A stretch of DNA of 64,000 nt from an uncultured Acidobacteriaceae bacterium (GCA_963755865.1 CAVWLY010000027.1:16649-80648); one strand, 5' to 3'; shown: positions 7,975-17,282, counted from the first letter of the stretch. Translations and numbers: made by a program. The notes: a model not told the origin generated them from the sequence alone.

Positions 7975-10264
7975 GTGCCTTTGCCGTCATCTTCATTCAC
8001 CGAAACTTACGATGTAGTTGTGGTCGGCGCCGGTCATGCCGGTTGCGAAGCCGCCATGGCTGCGGCGCGCATGGGCCTGAAGACTGCGCTGTTCACCCTC
8101 AACGTCGATCTGATCGCGCAGATGTCGTGCAATCCCGCGATCGGCGGAATCGCCAAGGGACATCTCGTACGCGAGGTGGATGCCCTGGGCGGCATCATGG
8201 GCGAGGTGACGGACGCGGTCGGTATCCAGTTCCGCTCTGCTGAATACTTCGCGTGGGCCGGCAGTGTGGTCTCCGCGGGCGCAGTGCGACAAGCAACAGT
8301 ACCGGCTGAAGATGCGCGAACTGCTGGAGTCGGAGCCTAACCTTCACATCAAGCAGGCGGAGGTCGCGGAGCTGATTGTTGAAGCAGATGTCAGTTGCCA
8401 GTTGTCAGTTGTCAGTTCTCAGTCGGCAATGCCCTCTTCACTGACAACTGACAACCGACAACTGATAACTGGTGTTCGCCTCCGCGACGGCCGCACCGTC
8501 TCCGCGCAAGCCGTAATCATCACCACCGGAACATTTCTGAACGGGCTGATTCATTGTGGCGAGCAACAATATCCTGCCGGGCGCAGCGGCGAGCCCAACG
8601 CGGTCCTGCTCGGCGAATCGCTGAAGGCGCTGGGCCTGCGCGGCTGCCGCCTGAAGACGGGCACGCCGCCGCGTCTCGATGGCCGCGGCATCGACTGGTC
8701 GAAGTTCAAAGAGCAGCCCGGCGACGACGATCCCACGCCCTTCAGCTTTCGCACCCGGCGCGTAGCGCACCACGACGAGCAGGTGCCCTGCTACATCGCC
8801 TTCACCACGCCGGAGACTCATCGCATCATTCGCGAGAACGTGCATCGTTCGCCGATGTACAGCGGGCAGATTCAAAGTATCGGACCACGATACTGTCCGT
8901 CGATCGAGGACAAGATCGTCAAGTTTCCCGACAAGGAAACGCATCAGCTCTTCCTCGAGCCCGAAGGCCTGAACACGCACGAGATCTACGTCAACGGCAT
9001 GAGCACCTCGCTACCCATTGACGTGCAGCTTGCCATCATCAAGTCCATCCCCGGCCTGGAAAACGCCGAGATGCTGCGCCCGGGTTATGCCATCGAGTAC
9101 GACTCCATAGACCCGACCGAGCTGCAGCGCACGCTGGAGACCAAGAAGGTCGCGCGGCTATTTCTGGCGGGGCAAGTCAATGGCACCAGCGGTTACGAAG
9201 AAGCAGCCTGCCAGGGCATCATGGCTGGCATTAACGCGGCACTGCAGGTGAAGGGCGAGCCGCCACTCATTCTGGACCGCACCGAAGCCTACACTGCCAT
9301 CCTGATCGACGACCTCATCAGCAAGGGGACGAACGAACCTTACCGCATGTTCACCTCGCGGGCAGAGTTCCGCCTGCACCTGCGCATCGATAACGCCGAT
9401 CGCCGGCTCACCCCGCATGGGCGCCGCGCGGGACTGATTAACGATGCAGCATGGGCCGATCATCTGGCCAAGCAAGAGCGCATGAACGCGATGCGCGACC
9501 TACTGGAGAGCATCCGGGTGAATGCCGAAATGCTGGAAGCAGTTTCAAGTTTCGAGTTTCAAGTTTCGAGTGAAAAGGACGAACGGGATCAACCTGAAAC
9601 AAACGCGCCAAAGCCGGGCTCGCTGCTCGGCTTAACACTGGCGCAACTGTTGAAGCGGCCTGAAGTTATAATCGAGAACTTGGCGCCGCTACTGCGTAGG
9701 TTGATGCCCTCGTTCTTTGAACGAGTGGATGGTGGTCGGGAGCTGGTGGATCGAATTCATCTTACAAATGGCGGAATAGCCAAACACGAGAGACCTCAGG
9801 GGCCAAAGCCCATTTCAAAATTGACCAACAGCGGCACGGCTGAAGCCATGCCCTTTCAAAGCGCGACTAGCGACCTCGCTACAAATCACAATTCGAAGGA
9901 CGTGATGGCTTCCCTATCCCCTAACCCCTATCCCCTATCCCCTGTTTTCCGCCTCCCCGCGGAAATCCGCAACGAGCTGAAATCCGTGGAGACAGAGATC
10001 AAATACGCCGGCTATCTTGACCAGCAGAGCAAGGCCATCGAACGCTTGAAGCGTTCCGAGGAGCGCCTGATTCCGGAGTGGTTCGATTACGCCAAGGTGA
10101 GCGGCCTTTCGCGCGAGATGAATGAAAAACTGGGGCGCGTGCGTCCCCGCACCCTGGGTCAGGCCAGTCGCATTCCTGGCGTGACGCCCGCCGCGGTGTC
10201 GCTAATCAACGTGTATATCGAGATACAATCGCGTCGGCAAGCGAGCTCTACCGCTCTCGGCTGA
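7975..10264 (+). CDS. mnmG: tRNA uridine 5-carboxymethylaminomethyl modification enzyme MnmG (GidA), with one apparent +1 frameshift near 8233 and several in-frame repeat insertions
   Basis: The N-terminal [23 protein letters not shown]...[24 protein letters not shown]...GIQFR is in the 7648 frame. The continuation [19 protein letters not shown]... is in the 8264 frame, and removing one T in CGCTCTGCTG restores it. The start (GTG 7975 or TTG 7981) is uncertain. The C-terminus [17 protein letters not shown] is canonical. Confidence 0.9.
8391..8472 (+). repeat. Heptamer-periodic hairpin inserted in frame in mnmG
   Basis: The left arm (CAGTTGN)n at 8391-8423 and the right arm at 8440-8472 are complementary at 28/32 positions, with a 16-nt loop. 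The insert is translated as [26 protein letters not shown], which is absent from E. coli MnmG at this point. Confidence 0.75.
9541..9572 (+). repeat. Heptamer tandem tract (AGTTTCA/AGTTTCG)x4 inside mnmG
   Basis: AGTTTCAAGTTTCGAGTTTCAAGTTTCGAG, translated as SSFEFQVSS in the variable C-terminal region. Confidence 0.7.
9833..9861 (+). repeat. REP-like element (GGCACGGCTGAAGCC-TGCCC-TTCAAAG family) inside mnmG
   Basis: GGCACGGCTGAAGCCATGCCCTTTCAAAG, translated as [10 protein letters not shown]. Related copies lie at 52081-52107, 56031-56058 (reverse) and 3753-3780 (reverse). Confidence 0.7.
9911..9944 (+). repeat. Heptamer tandem tract (CCCTATC/CCCTAAC) inside mnmG
   Basis: TCCCTATCCCCTAACCCCTATCCCCTATCCCCTG, translated as [11 protein letters not shown]. 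Confidence 0.7.
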
Positions 10265-10321
10265 TAAGGGGATGATGCGCGCCCGATAGCCGATACAACC
10301 AGAACGGCTGAGATCATGCAC

Positions 10322-10351
10322 AAAAAATCCCACCCGGTGCCGAGGGTGGGA
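10322..10351 (-). terminator. Rho-independent terminator downstream of the ComEA-like gene (also closes mnmG on the other strand)
   Basis: TCCCACCC-ggtgccga-GGGTGGGA stem-loop, with an A6 run on the plus strand that reads as T6 after the stem on the minus strand. Confidence 0.6.
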
Positions 10352-10398
10352 ATAACCGCGTAGCACGTCAACTTCTGTTGCGTTGCCGGCGTCGCGGC

Positions 10399-10719
10399 CT
10401 ACTTCTGCTTGGCGATGATCATGCTGGAGATCTTGTTGTAGGTTGCGGCCGGAATAATCTTCTTGGTCTTGAGATCGGTCTTGGTGTGGTAGGGCCGTCC
10501 ATCAATGATCTTCTGCGAATAGACGTCACCAATGCCCGGTAACGCCGACAGTTGCTCCTTGGTGGCGGAGTTGATGTCAACCAGACTATCGGGCGACGCC
10601 ATTGCGCCCGACTTACTCGAACTCTTGCTGGCCGAACTTTGGGCCACGCAGAGCCCAGTCAACAAAAGTACTGCCAACACAGCCGAAAGAATACAAACTG
10701 CTGCACGCTTTTTGCTCAT
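10399..10719 (-). CDS. ComEA-like helix-hairpin-helix DNA-binding protein (secreted or anchored)
   Basis: Signal peptide, a Ser-rich linker, then [31 protein letters not shown], the ComEA HhH signature. Confidence 0.8.
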   Translation of the reverse strand: MSKKRAAVCILSAVLAVLLLTGLCVAQSSASKSSSKSGAMASPDSLVDINSATKEQLSALPGIGDVYSQKIIDGRPYHTKTDLKTKKIIPAATYNKISSMIIAKQK

Positions 10720-10782
10720 GTGTCTTCTCTCCTTAAGGTATTAGCTTCGCCATCGTGAGATTGGCGATCACAGCTGGCAGTC

Positions 10783-11031
10783 TTATGCACCCTGCTTCTT
10801 AAACATGTCGGCGACCATAGACTGGGCTTTTCCCATGAGGCCGCCCGCTTCGTCGGTGGATCCGGCCGCGTCGCTGCTTGCGCCGCCGGCGCCCAGGAGT
10901 TCGTCGAGACCGGAGCATAGTGGTGCCGGCAACTTTGTCTTCATGTAACCGACGACCGTGTCCACAACCTTCTGGGCCATGTCTTGCGACAGGCCAGTCT
11001 TCTGCTGCACCATCTGCACTAATTCGTTCAT
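10783..11031 (-). CDS. Small hypothetical protein (82 aa)
   Basis: MNELVQMVQQKTGLSQDMAQKVVDTVVGYMKTKLPAPL... followed by a Gly/Ser/Ala linker. The overlapping 130-aa frame is Arg-rich junk. Confidence 0.5.
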   Translation of the reverse strand: MNELVQMVQQKTGLSQDMAQKVVDTVVGYMKTKLPAPLCSGLDELLGAGGASSDAAGSTDEAGGLMGKAQSMVADMFKKQGA

Positions 11032-11571
11032 GGCTGATTTCCTTTCGGGGGAGTGAGATCCTGTTTCTAGGCGTAATGGACCTGGTAATCAATCTGTTAG
11101 GAGATGTGATTCTGGCCGATCGGGCTTCGCCCAAGCTCGATGGTGGCCGCCGATCCTCGCCCGACAGCGGGATGGTTAGGCGGCAATCCACACCCCTAGA
11201 TTGCCAGCGGAATTCTTATACACCCGCTGGCGCTACAGGAAAAGGACAAAAACATCACTCTTTGGGATGTCGAAAGGGCCGTCGAATCCGACTATGCCGC
11301 CCAAAGCAAGTTCGACGGCGTTCTGCAGTCAATAGCAGTTAGATTGATTTTTGCGATTGTGCGAATTGTTTATCGATGTAAACTGCGACGGGGAAAATCG
11401 CTGAGGGGCGTTGCCGGTAAAGAAGTCCTTATGATCCGCGGGTTCTGGTCGCTTCAAATTGACAAGCAGGTGTGCGACCTTTTTGCCACGATGATAAACC
11501 AGTGGTGCAACTATGCCCGCGCAAATTAGGTCTGGCGGGCGACCGGAAAACCATCTTAGGGAGACAAGTCA

Positions 11572-12168
11572 ATGCGTGTTGCCAGAATGCTAGTGAGTGT
11601 CGTTGCAATTGCGATTTGTGCAGCGCTGGGTTCCACACAGGCTGCAGCCCAAAGCTGGCAGGTGATGAGCGCCGACTATGGCGTGCAGAACAACCGCGTC
11701 GACGTAACCAACACGGTTAGGCGACTGGTAAACGGCCCCAACTTTCGGGTGAACAACACGACCATGGGTGTCGATCCCGCCCGCGGGAGGGACAAGGTAC
11801 TGCGCATCCACGCCCGCAACGGTGGCGGACAAATGCGCGACTTCAACTACCAAGAGGGACAAACCGTCGACTCGCGGATGTTTACCGGTGGCGGCTTTGG
11901 AGGAGGTGGCTACCCCGGCCAAGGCAATCAATTCCGTGGCCTGCGCATTGTGCAAGCCAGCTATGGCGCTGGAAACCGCCGGCGAGATGTAACCAGCCGC
12001 CTGCAAAGCATGGTGCGCAACAATCGTCTCAGCGTGCTGGTCAACAACAGCACCATGGGTGGAGACCCGGCCTTCAACCAGCCAAAAAACTTGCAGGTCA
12101 CCTACGAGTATCAGGGTCAGCGGCGAAACACGAACATGGGAGAAGGGGGCAGATTGACGCTTCCCTGA
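11572..12168 (+). CDS. Secreted protein with an internally duplicated module of about 55 aa
   Basis: Signal peptide (AAAQS). It has two copies of x-YG-x5-DVT-x(n)-N-x-TMG-x-DP-x(n)-L-x-(I/V)-x-Y, separated by a GGGFGGGGYPGQG linker. Confidence 0.65.
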   Translation: MRVARMLVSVVAIAICAALGSTQAAAQSWQVMSADYGVQNNRVDVTNTVRRLVNGPNFRVNNTTMGVDPARGRDKVLRIHARNGGGQMRDFNYQEGQTVDSRMFTGGGFGGGGYPGQGNQFRGLRIVQASYGAGNRRRDVTSRLQSMVRNNRLSVLVNNSTMGGDPAFNQPKNLQVTYEYQGQRRNTNMGEGGRLTLP

Positions 12169-12271
12169 ACGTGGTCAATACGGCAACTCCGAGGGGTCGG
12201 GCCAGCGTAGCGCAGCGGGGGGAATTCCGAGGCCATTGTCACGAGAACGGGGGAATCAATTCAGCACTCTA

Positions 12272-12310
12272 GTGCAAGCCTTTGCACCCCTGAAGGTTCC
12301 ATTCTCATAT
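12272..12310 (+). promoter_or_regulatory. Candidate promoter with overlapping perfect palindrome, upstream of PEP-CTERM paralog 1
   Basis: GTGCAAgcctTTGCAC (6-4-6 palindrome, 12272-12287). TTGCAC serves as -35, with a 17-nt spacer to TCATAT (12305-12310). The whole block is conserved in the second copy at 13307-13345. Confidence 0.4.
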
Positions 12311-12566
12311 TTTTCAATGCGTTAGCGCGGACACCTAATTGCAACAGTAGGGATGATGGTTTCTGTCTTGATGCCACTGAACAGTATGTAAGTGGCATTT
12401 GCAAGAGCGCCAGGCAATCAGCGGCTCTTGTTGCGAACCTGCTCATTGACTCGATGTCCGGTCCGGTTCCCGTAGGGGTGTTCGGGCGGAACGTTCAAAA
12501 TCCAGCCCCCGTGAGCACCGCAAGGTTACTCGCGAGGTAGGGCTTTCAACCCCGGAGGATAATAAC

Positions 12567-13214
12567 TTGAACAAGAAATCTGTATGGTTCTTATGCGTGT
12601 TGGCCGTGTGCGCCCTTAGTCTGCCGGCAATGGCCGCAACTGCCTACAACAATACGCTTCCCAACCCCTCTAACTGCTGCGTTGGCTGGACAACCAGCGG
12701 CGTGGACTCGCCTCCCGGATTGGTCGAGGATGCTCAGCTGTTCACGTCATTGACGTCTGGCACTGTCAGCTCGATTGCTGTGGATCTCGGCTTTGTGACG
12801 GGCGATAACGTGGCCACCGTCGGTATCTACACCGACGTAGGCGGAGCCCCCGGGTCGCTCATTGGCAGCATAGGGACTCTTCCCCCTGCCCCACCGGCTG
12901 GCGGATCTTGCCCGGCTTGTGAAGTAAGTGTGTCCGGTACCGGCGGAACGCTTGCCGCTGGAACTCAGTATTTTCTCGTACTCGAGGCCGACGCCACCAG
13001 TTGGTATGCCTGGGACCAGAATGGAAATGGCATTCTTGGTCAGCTTGATCAAAACTCGGGCAGCGGCTGGAACCAGTTCCCCGGCTCGCTTCTGGGCGGC
13101 ATGTGGATTCAGACCAACGGCAGCTCCACGACTCCAGAGCCTAGCTCTTTGTTGATGCTCGGCACCGGCCTGGTCGGCGCTTTCGGCGTGATCCGCCGCA
13201 AGCTGAATCGCTAG
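12567..13214 (+). CDS. PEP-CTERM sorting domain protein, tandem paralog 1
   Basis: TTG start after GGAGGA, a signal peptide, and a C-terminal TPEPSSLLMLGTGLVGAFGVIRRKLNR. Confidence 0.85.
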   Translation: MNKKSVWFLCVLAVCALSLPAMAATAYNNTLPNPSNCCVGWTTSGVDSPPGLVEDAQLFTSLTSGTVSSIAVDLGFVTGDNVATVGIYTDVGGAPGSLIGSIGTLPPAPPAGGSCPACEVSVSGTGGTLAAGTQYFLVLEADATSWYAWDQNGNGILGQLDQNSGSGWNQFPGSLLGGMWIQTNGSSTTPEPSSLLMLGTGLVGAFGVIRRKLNR

Positions 13215-13235
13215 TCCCGCAGCATTTTGATTCAA

Positions 13236-13266
13236 AGCCGGAGCCAACCAGCTCCGGCTTTTTTCT
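13236..13266 (+). terminator. Rho-independent terminator
   Basis: AGCCGGAGC-caacca-GCTCCGGCT followed by TTTTTT. Confidence 0.8.
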
Positions 13267-13306
13267 TTTCTGTCCTTGCGAAATACGGAAGCGTTCCAGC
13301 ACTCAA

Positions 13307-13345
13307 GTGCAAGCATTTGCACCCCCGAGAGATCCATTCCTATAT
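13307..13345 (+). promoter_or_regulatory. Candidate promoter with overlapping perfect palindrome, upstream of PEP-CTERM paralog 2
   Basis: GTGCAAgcatTTGCAC, with a 17-nt spacer to CTATAT. Same architecture as 12272-12310. Confidence 0.4.
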
Positions 13346-13616
13346 TTTCCAATCAGTTAGCGCGGAACCATAATTGCACCTGAGTACACAATGGTCTGTT
13401 TTGGGACGTCCTTCGGCTGTGCCAGGAGGCGTTTTCGAGACTTCCAGGCAATGAGCGACTCTTCGTCGTAAGCCGCTCGTTGAGCACTGTCAGCCCCGGT
13501 GAACACCCGCTAGGTGTTCGAGTTAAACATTCAAATCTGGCCCCCCGCGAGCATCGCAAGGGGTTCGAGTAGCAGCAATCTCGCGAGGCAAGGTCTCAAC
13601 CGCGGAGGATACCAAC

Positions 13617-14273
13617 TTGAACAAGAAATTTGCATGGATGTTATGTTCGCTGGCGCTCGCTCTTTGCGTCAGCAGTTTGCCGGCGATAGCCAGCACCGCC
13701 TATAACAACACTCTCCCCACCGGTTCCAATTGCTGCAGTGGCTGGACCATTGGCGGCTCGAGCTCACTGGTCGGACTCGTCGAGGACGCTCAGCTGTTCA
13801 CTTCCGCAACCAGCGGTACGGTTAGCTCGATTTCCATTGATATAGGCTATGCGGCCGGCGACAACGGTGCCAGTGTACAGCTCTACACCGACGTTGGTGG
13901 TGCGCCGGGAAGCCCTATAGGCTCCGTGGGGAGTCTCAACAACGCCGCGAACTTCGGTTCTAGCTGTCCAAACCCTTGTGAACTGACTGTGACCGGTACC
14001 GGGGGCACTCTCACCGCTGGAGGTCAGTATTTTGTGGTAATCCTGGCCGACGCCACCACATGGGACGCCTGGAATATGAATTCAAACGGCTTCGTTGGCC
14101 AGCTTGATCAAAACACAGGTAGCGGCTGGAACCAGTTCCCTGGCCAAACCCTGGGCGGCATGTGGATTCAGACCAACGGCAGCTCCACGACTCCAGAGCC
14201 TAGCTCTTTGTTGATGCTGGGCACCGGACTGGTGGGAGCTTTCGGCGTTATTCGTCGCAAGTTGAACCGCTAG
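13617..14273 (+). CDS. PEP-CTERM sorting domain protein, tandem paralog 2
   Basis: TTG start after GGAGGA. It is colinear with paralog 1 and has an identical C-terminal PEP-CTERM segment. Confidence 0.85.
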   Translation: MNKKFAWMLCSLALALCVSSLPAIASTAYNNTLPTGSNCCSGWTIGGSSSLVGLVEDAQLFTSATSGTVSSISIDIGYAAGDNGASVQLYTDVGGAPGSPIGSVGSLNNAANFGSSCPNPCELTVTGTGGTLTAGGQYFVVILADATTWDAWNMNSNGFVGQLDQNTGSGWNQFPGQTLGGMWIQTNGSSTTPEPSSLLMLGTGLVGAFGVIRRKLNR

Positions 14274-14294
14274 TTCCGCAGCATTTCAATTCAT

Positions 14295-14324
14295 AGCCGG
14301 AGCCAACCAGCTCCGGCTTTTTTA
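14295..14324 (+). terminator. Rho-independent terminator (duplicate of 13236-13266)
   Basis: AGCCGGAGC-caacca-GCTCCGGCT followed by TTTTTT. Confidence 0.8.
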
Positions 14325-14367
14325 TTTCTGGTGCGGCGGATACCGTTCCTGGATCAGCAGACCGCGC

Positions 14368-14676
14368 CTATCCAAGCAACGCAGCCGGATTCTTCCGGGC
14401 GATGTGCAACAGCTTCAGCGTGGCCTGACGAGGCTGGCGGATACCCTGCTCCCAACTCTCCACTGCATTGGAACTGACATTGAGCAGGCGCGCAAACAAC
14501 CCCTGGCTAGCATTCATGGCCGTCCGCATTGCCCGGATCTCGGCTGGCTTTAGCGGCCTGGGACGGGCTGGGATCGCGACTGAGCGCAGGTCCAGGCTGG
14601 TTACGCTGCTTTCCGACGGTGCTGTCGCTTTCTTATGCTTGTTCTTCCGGTCTTTCTTCTTGCTTTTCTTGCTCAT
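14368..14676 (-). CDS. XRE-family helix-turn-helix protein (antitoxin-like, no toxin partner visible)
   Basis: Lys-rich N-terminus, then IRAMRTAMNASQGLFARLLNVSSNAVESWEQGIRQPRQATLKLL, a typical HTH_3/HigA/MqsA-type C-terminal domain. The start is taken at the internal Met (MSKKSKKK). Confidence 0.7.
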   Translation of the reverse strand: MSKKSKKKDRKNKHKKATAPSESSVTSLDLRSVAIPARPRPLKPAEIRAMRTAMNASQGLFARLLNVSSNAVESWEQGIRQPRQATLKLLHIARKNPAALLG

Positions 14677-14847
14677 CGTAGCCCCCACAATGTGGTACAT
14701 CATACAACGTAGAGATTGCAGGGTGGCGCGTCAATAGCCCTTAGGTGTAGAGATTTCCCCTACAAAGATGTGCCGCCCGCCGAAACATAGGAAGATCAAA
14801 GGCAGGCCCCCGATCGCGCCTGCTGATCACAACGCCGAAACGATGTT

Positions 14848-15696
14848 TCAGCTCGCTTCCTTCACGGGTCGCGCCACCGGGCGCCCCTTGTCGCCGATTT
14901 CGAGATAAGCCCATGGCCTCTCATGGTCGTGAGTAAAAACCATCAGCCACTGCTCCGGAATCGCGACGTCATAGAGGCGATGCTTGTTAGCGATGGTGTC
15001 CACCGGATAAAGGTCGTACCCAAGCACCCAGACGGGATCGAGATGTTTGGCGTCCGACACCAAGTCGCTGGGATAACAAGCCACCCGGCCGCCGCTGCGC
15101 AAGACGACCGCCTGCAAGTCGCGCGTATGGCCTGGATAAACCTTCACCGAGACTCCGGGTGCAATCTCGGCGTCGCCCTTGAGTAATTGCATCTGTCCGC
15201 TCGCAACCAGAGGATCGTAGTTGTCGGTCATGTAGCTGACGCGGTCGCGTTCGTGCTGCTCGCGAGCATGGCGCCACTCGCCATCCTGCACGTAGTACCG
15301 GGCGCGTGGAAAGGTGGGCACGGGCTTGCCGTGTTTGTAATAGGTATTCCATCCGCAATGGTCGAAGTGCAGGTGCGTGTTGATGACGACGTCAATTTCG
15401 TCAGGCGAAACGCCGGCTTCCTCGAAACTCCGCAGCAGTTGCGGCTGATTCTGGTAGATGGATTGGCTTTTTTCGCTTAGCTTGCTGCCGATGCCGGTCT
15501 CGACCAGGATGTTCTGCTCGCCGGTGCGAATCAGCAACGAGTTGAGAGCCAGCGGAATGGTGTTGCGCTCGTCCGCTTGGATGCGTTTCTCCCACATCAC
15601 CTTGGGGATGATGCCGAACATGGCCCCGCCATCTATGCGATAGATACCGTCGGAAAGAATGGTCAGTTCAAAGTCGCCCAGCGTGGTTCGATGCAC
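14848..15696 (-). CDS. MBL-fold metallo-hydrolase
   Basis: 282 aa with the THLHFDHCGW (HxHxDH) zinc motif. Confidence 0.85.
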   Translation of the reverse strand: MHRTTLGDFELTILSDGIYRIDGGAMFGIIPKVMWEKRIQADERNTIPLALNSLLIRTGEQNILVETGIGSKLSEKSQSIYQNQPQLLRSFEEAGVSPDEIDVVINTHLHFDHCGWNTYYKHGKPVPTFPRARYYVQDGEWRHAREQHERDRVSYMTDNYDPLVASGQMQLLKGDAEIAPGVSVKVYPGHTRDLQAVVLRSGGRVACYPSDLVSDAKHLDPVWVLGYDLYPVDTIANKHRLYDVAIPEQWLMVFTHDHERPWAYLEIGDKGRPVARPVKEAS

Positions 15697-15802
15697 CGGT
15701 TGTCTCCCTAAGAAGATAGTTTTCTGATCTTACTGAATTAAAGGCAGCCGACAAAGCGAGCGGGGGTGCGGAGGAGGTCTATTAGCTTAGGTGTGTGCCG
15801 GC

Positions 15803-16942
15803 TTATTCCGTTGTGGTCGAGCCATAGTCGGTCCGCCGCTCGTTATCGCGAATCTGTTGAATGAAGATAGCAACTTCCCGGTTCAACAGATCAGGCCGGT
15901 CGTATTGAATGGGGTGTGTGCTGCCTTTTGCGATGATCCTGCGGCTGCGGGTGGACAAGAGTTTCAACTCTTCCTGCTCCTCATTCCATAGGACACTTTC
16001 CTCGAGCGCCAGTTTAGTGGGCAATCCAGATTTCTGTCTCTCCAGTTCAGGATCACGCGAAAAAATCAGGATCGGTAGGTCGCCGTAAGGGCCGGTATGC
16101 ATCGTCTCTTCGCCATTTAGCCGAGTAGTTTCATACTCCTGAAATATGGGAGTGCCGTTCTTCCCGCATTCCAGTTGGGCAAATCTTTTTCCTGTGGCCT
16201 CATCAAATCCGGGCTCGGGCGAGCACGCCCCCGCCACCCGATGCAGTCCAAGATCCATTATCACAAGGAGGGAATAATAGAAAGGCTTCGAATATGAGTT
16301 AGCCGCTCTCAGCTCAGGGGACATACGGTTGTCATCCAGGGGAACTGAGGTATCCACGAAAATCAGCCCTTTTACCTGCTCAGGATAGAGGTGATTGTAG
16401 GCGCGAATATACAAGCCCGCCCTCGAGTGTCCCATCAACACGATGGGCCCTTGTATGCCGGCCTGCCGCAACAGAGCTTGCAACTCGTCGGCAATGGTAT
16501 TCGCATCTCGTGGCGGTGGCTGCGGAGTGCTCCAACCAAATCCAGCACGATCGTAAGAGCAGACCCGCGTGATTTTTGAGAGCTCCGGTTGCACCTTGGT
16601 CCAGGTCAGCGAATCGTTTCCTCCGCCCGCTTCCAGAATCAACGTTGGAGAGCCCTCACCAGTACAGTAAAGATGCATGTCGTGTCCGTTGACACGGTAG
16701 ATTTTGCCGGGAGCCGGATAGATTGCGCGGTAATAACGAAGGGCGGCGGCATTGTAGATGGTGCTCACCGAAAGAAAACCACAAACCAGGATGACCAGCA
16801 ATAGCAAAACCCGTTCGGTAATGCGACGCCACTTGCCATAACGTGTGGGTTGAAGTTTGCGCAGGCGGCGGATGGAAAGCGCGACGATCAAAATCGCGAC
16901 TAGCACAATGACAATCGGAAGAGTTAGCGGATTGGGGTTCAA
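15803..16942 (-). CDS. Membrane-anchored alpha/beta hydrolase
   Basis: Two N-terminal TM segments and a GHSRAG nucleophile elbow (GxSxG). Confidence 0.8.
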   Translation of the reverse strand: MNPNPLTLPIVIVLVAILIVALSIRRLRKLQPTRYGKWRRITERVLLLLVILVCGFLSVSTIYNAAALRYYRAIYPAPGKIYRVNGHDMHLYCTGEGSPTLILEAGGGNDSLTWTKVQPELSKITRVCSYDRAGFGWSTPQPPPRDANTIADELQALLRQAGIQGPIVLMGHSRAGLYIRAYNHLYPEQVKGLIFVDTSVPLDDNRMSPELRAANSYSKPFYYSLLVIMDLGLHRVAGACSPEPGFDEATGKRFAQLECGKNGTPIFQEYETTRLNGEETMHTGPYGDLPILIFSRDPELERQKSGLPTKLALEESVLWNEEQEELKLLSTRSRRIIAKGSTHPIQYDRPDLLNREVAIFIQQIRDNERRTDYGSTTTE

Positions 16943-17282
16943 CGGAGCACTCCTTTACCTGCACAACAAGCGTAATCCCATTGTGCGTCCGTAAGCGCCT
17001 TCACCGGCAACCGATCTGGCAGGTGGCCTCATAGGTGCCTTTCTATCTCCGACCGGCCTTTGGAAATGCTGCACCGCGAGGCATCCGCGGACAGAATGAG
17101 GAACAAAGAATAGTAACGCACCATGGCTTGTGCGAACCCATAAACGTTGCGAGGAGCGGAAGCTGTCACGCAAAGATGGCGGCTGGTAGAGAGCTTACTC
17201 CCCCTGACTTCGCCCGGACGGGGCTACTATTCTAACGACGTGGGTGTTGGACCAGCTTCCACTTCAGGAGAGTGAGGCAGTG

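Noticed and set aside
8391-9944. Regularly repeated short units that could be mistaken for a CRISPR array. The same applies at 20283-20517 and 24496-24733.
   Set aside because: The units are 7 nt, contiguous and degenerate, with no spacers and no 25-40-nt direct repeats. No cas genes are in the window.
12262-12280. Possible sigma-54 promoter (CAGCAC-N4-GTGCA) upstream of both PEP-CTERM paralogs. PEP-CTERM loci are often under enhancer-binding-protein control.
   Set aside because: The -24 GG dinucleotide is AG in both copies, and the GG-to-GC spacing is one nucleotide short of the strict TGGCAC-N5-TTGCA geometry.
12261-13559. Minus-strand ORFs in the PEP-CTERM upstream blocks (12261-12446, 13353-13559 and the N-terminus of 12747-13352) that share peptide-level similarity (…SGVQRLALEC and …SGVQMLALEC).
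   Set aside because: The similarity is at the nucleotide level within the duplicated block. In copy 2 the frame is interrupted by a stop between the two pieces, so a conserved protein is unlikely. I interpret the block as regulatory DNA or leader.
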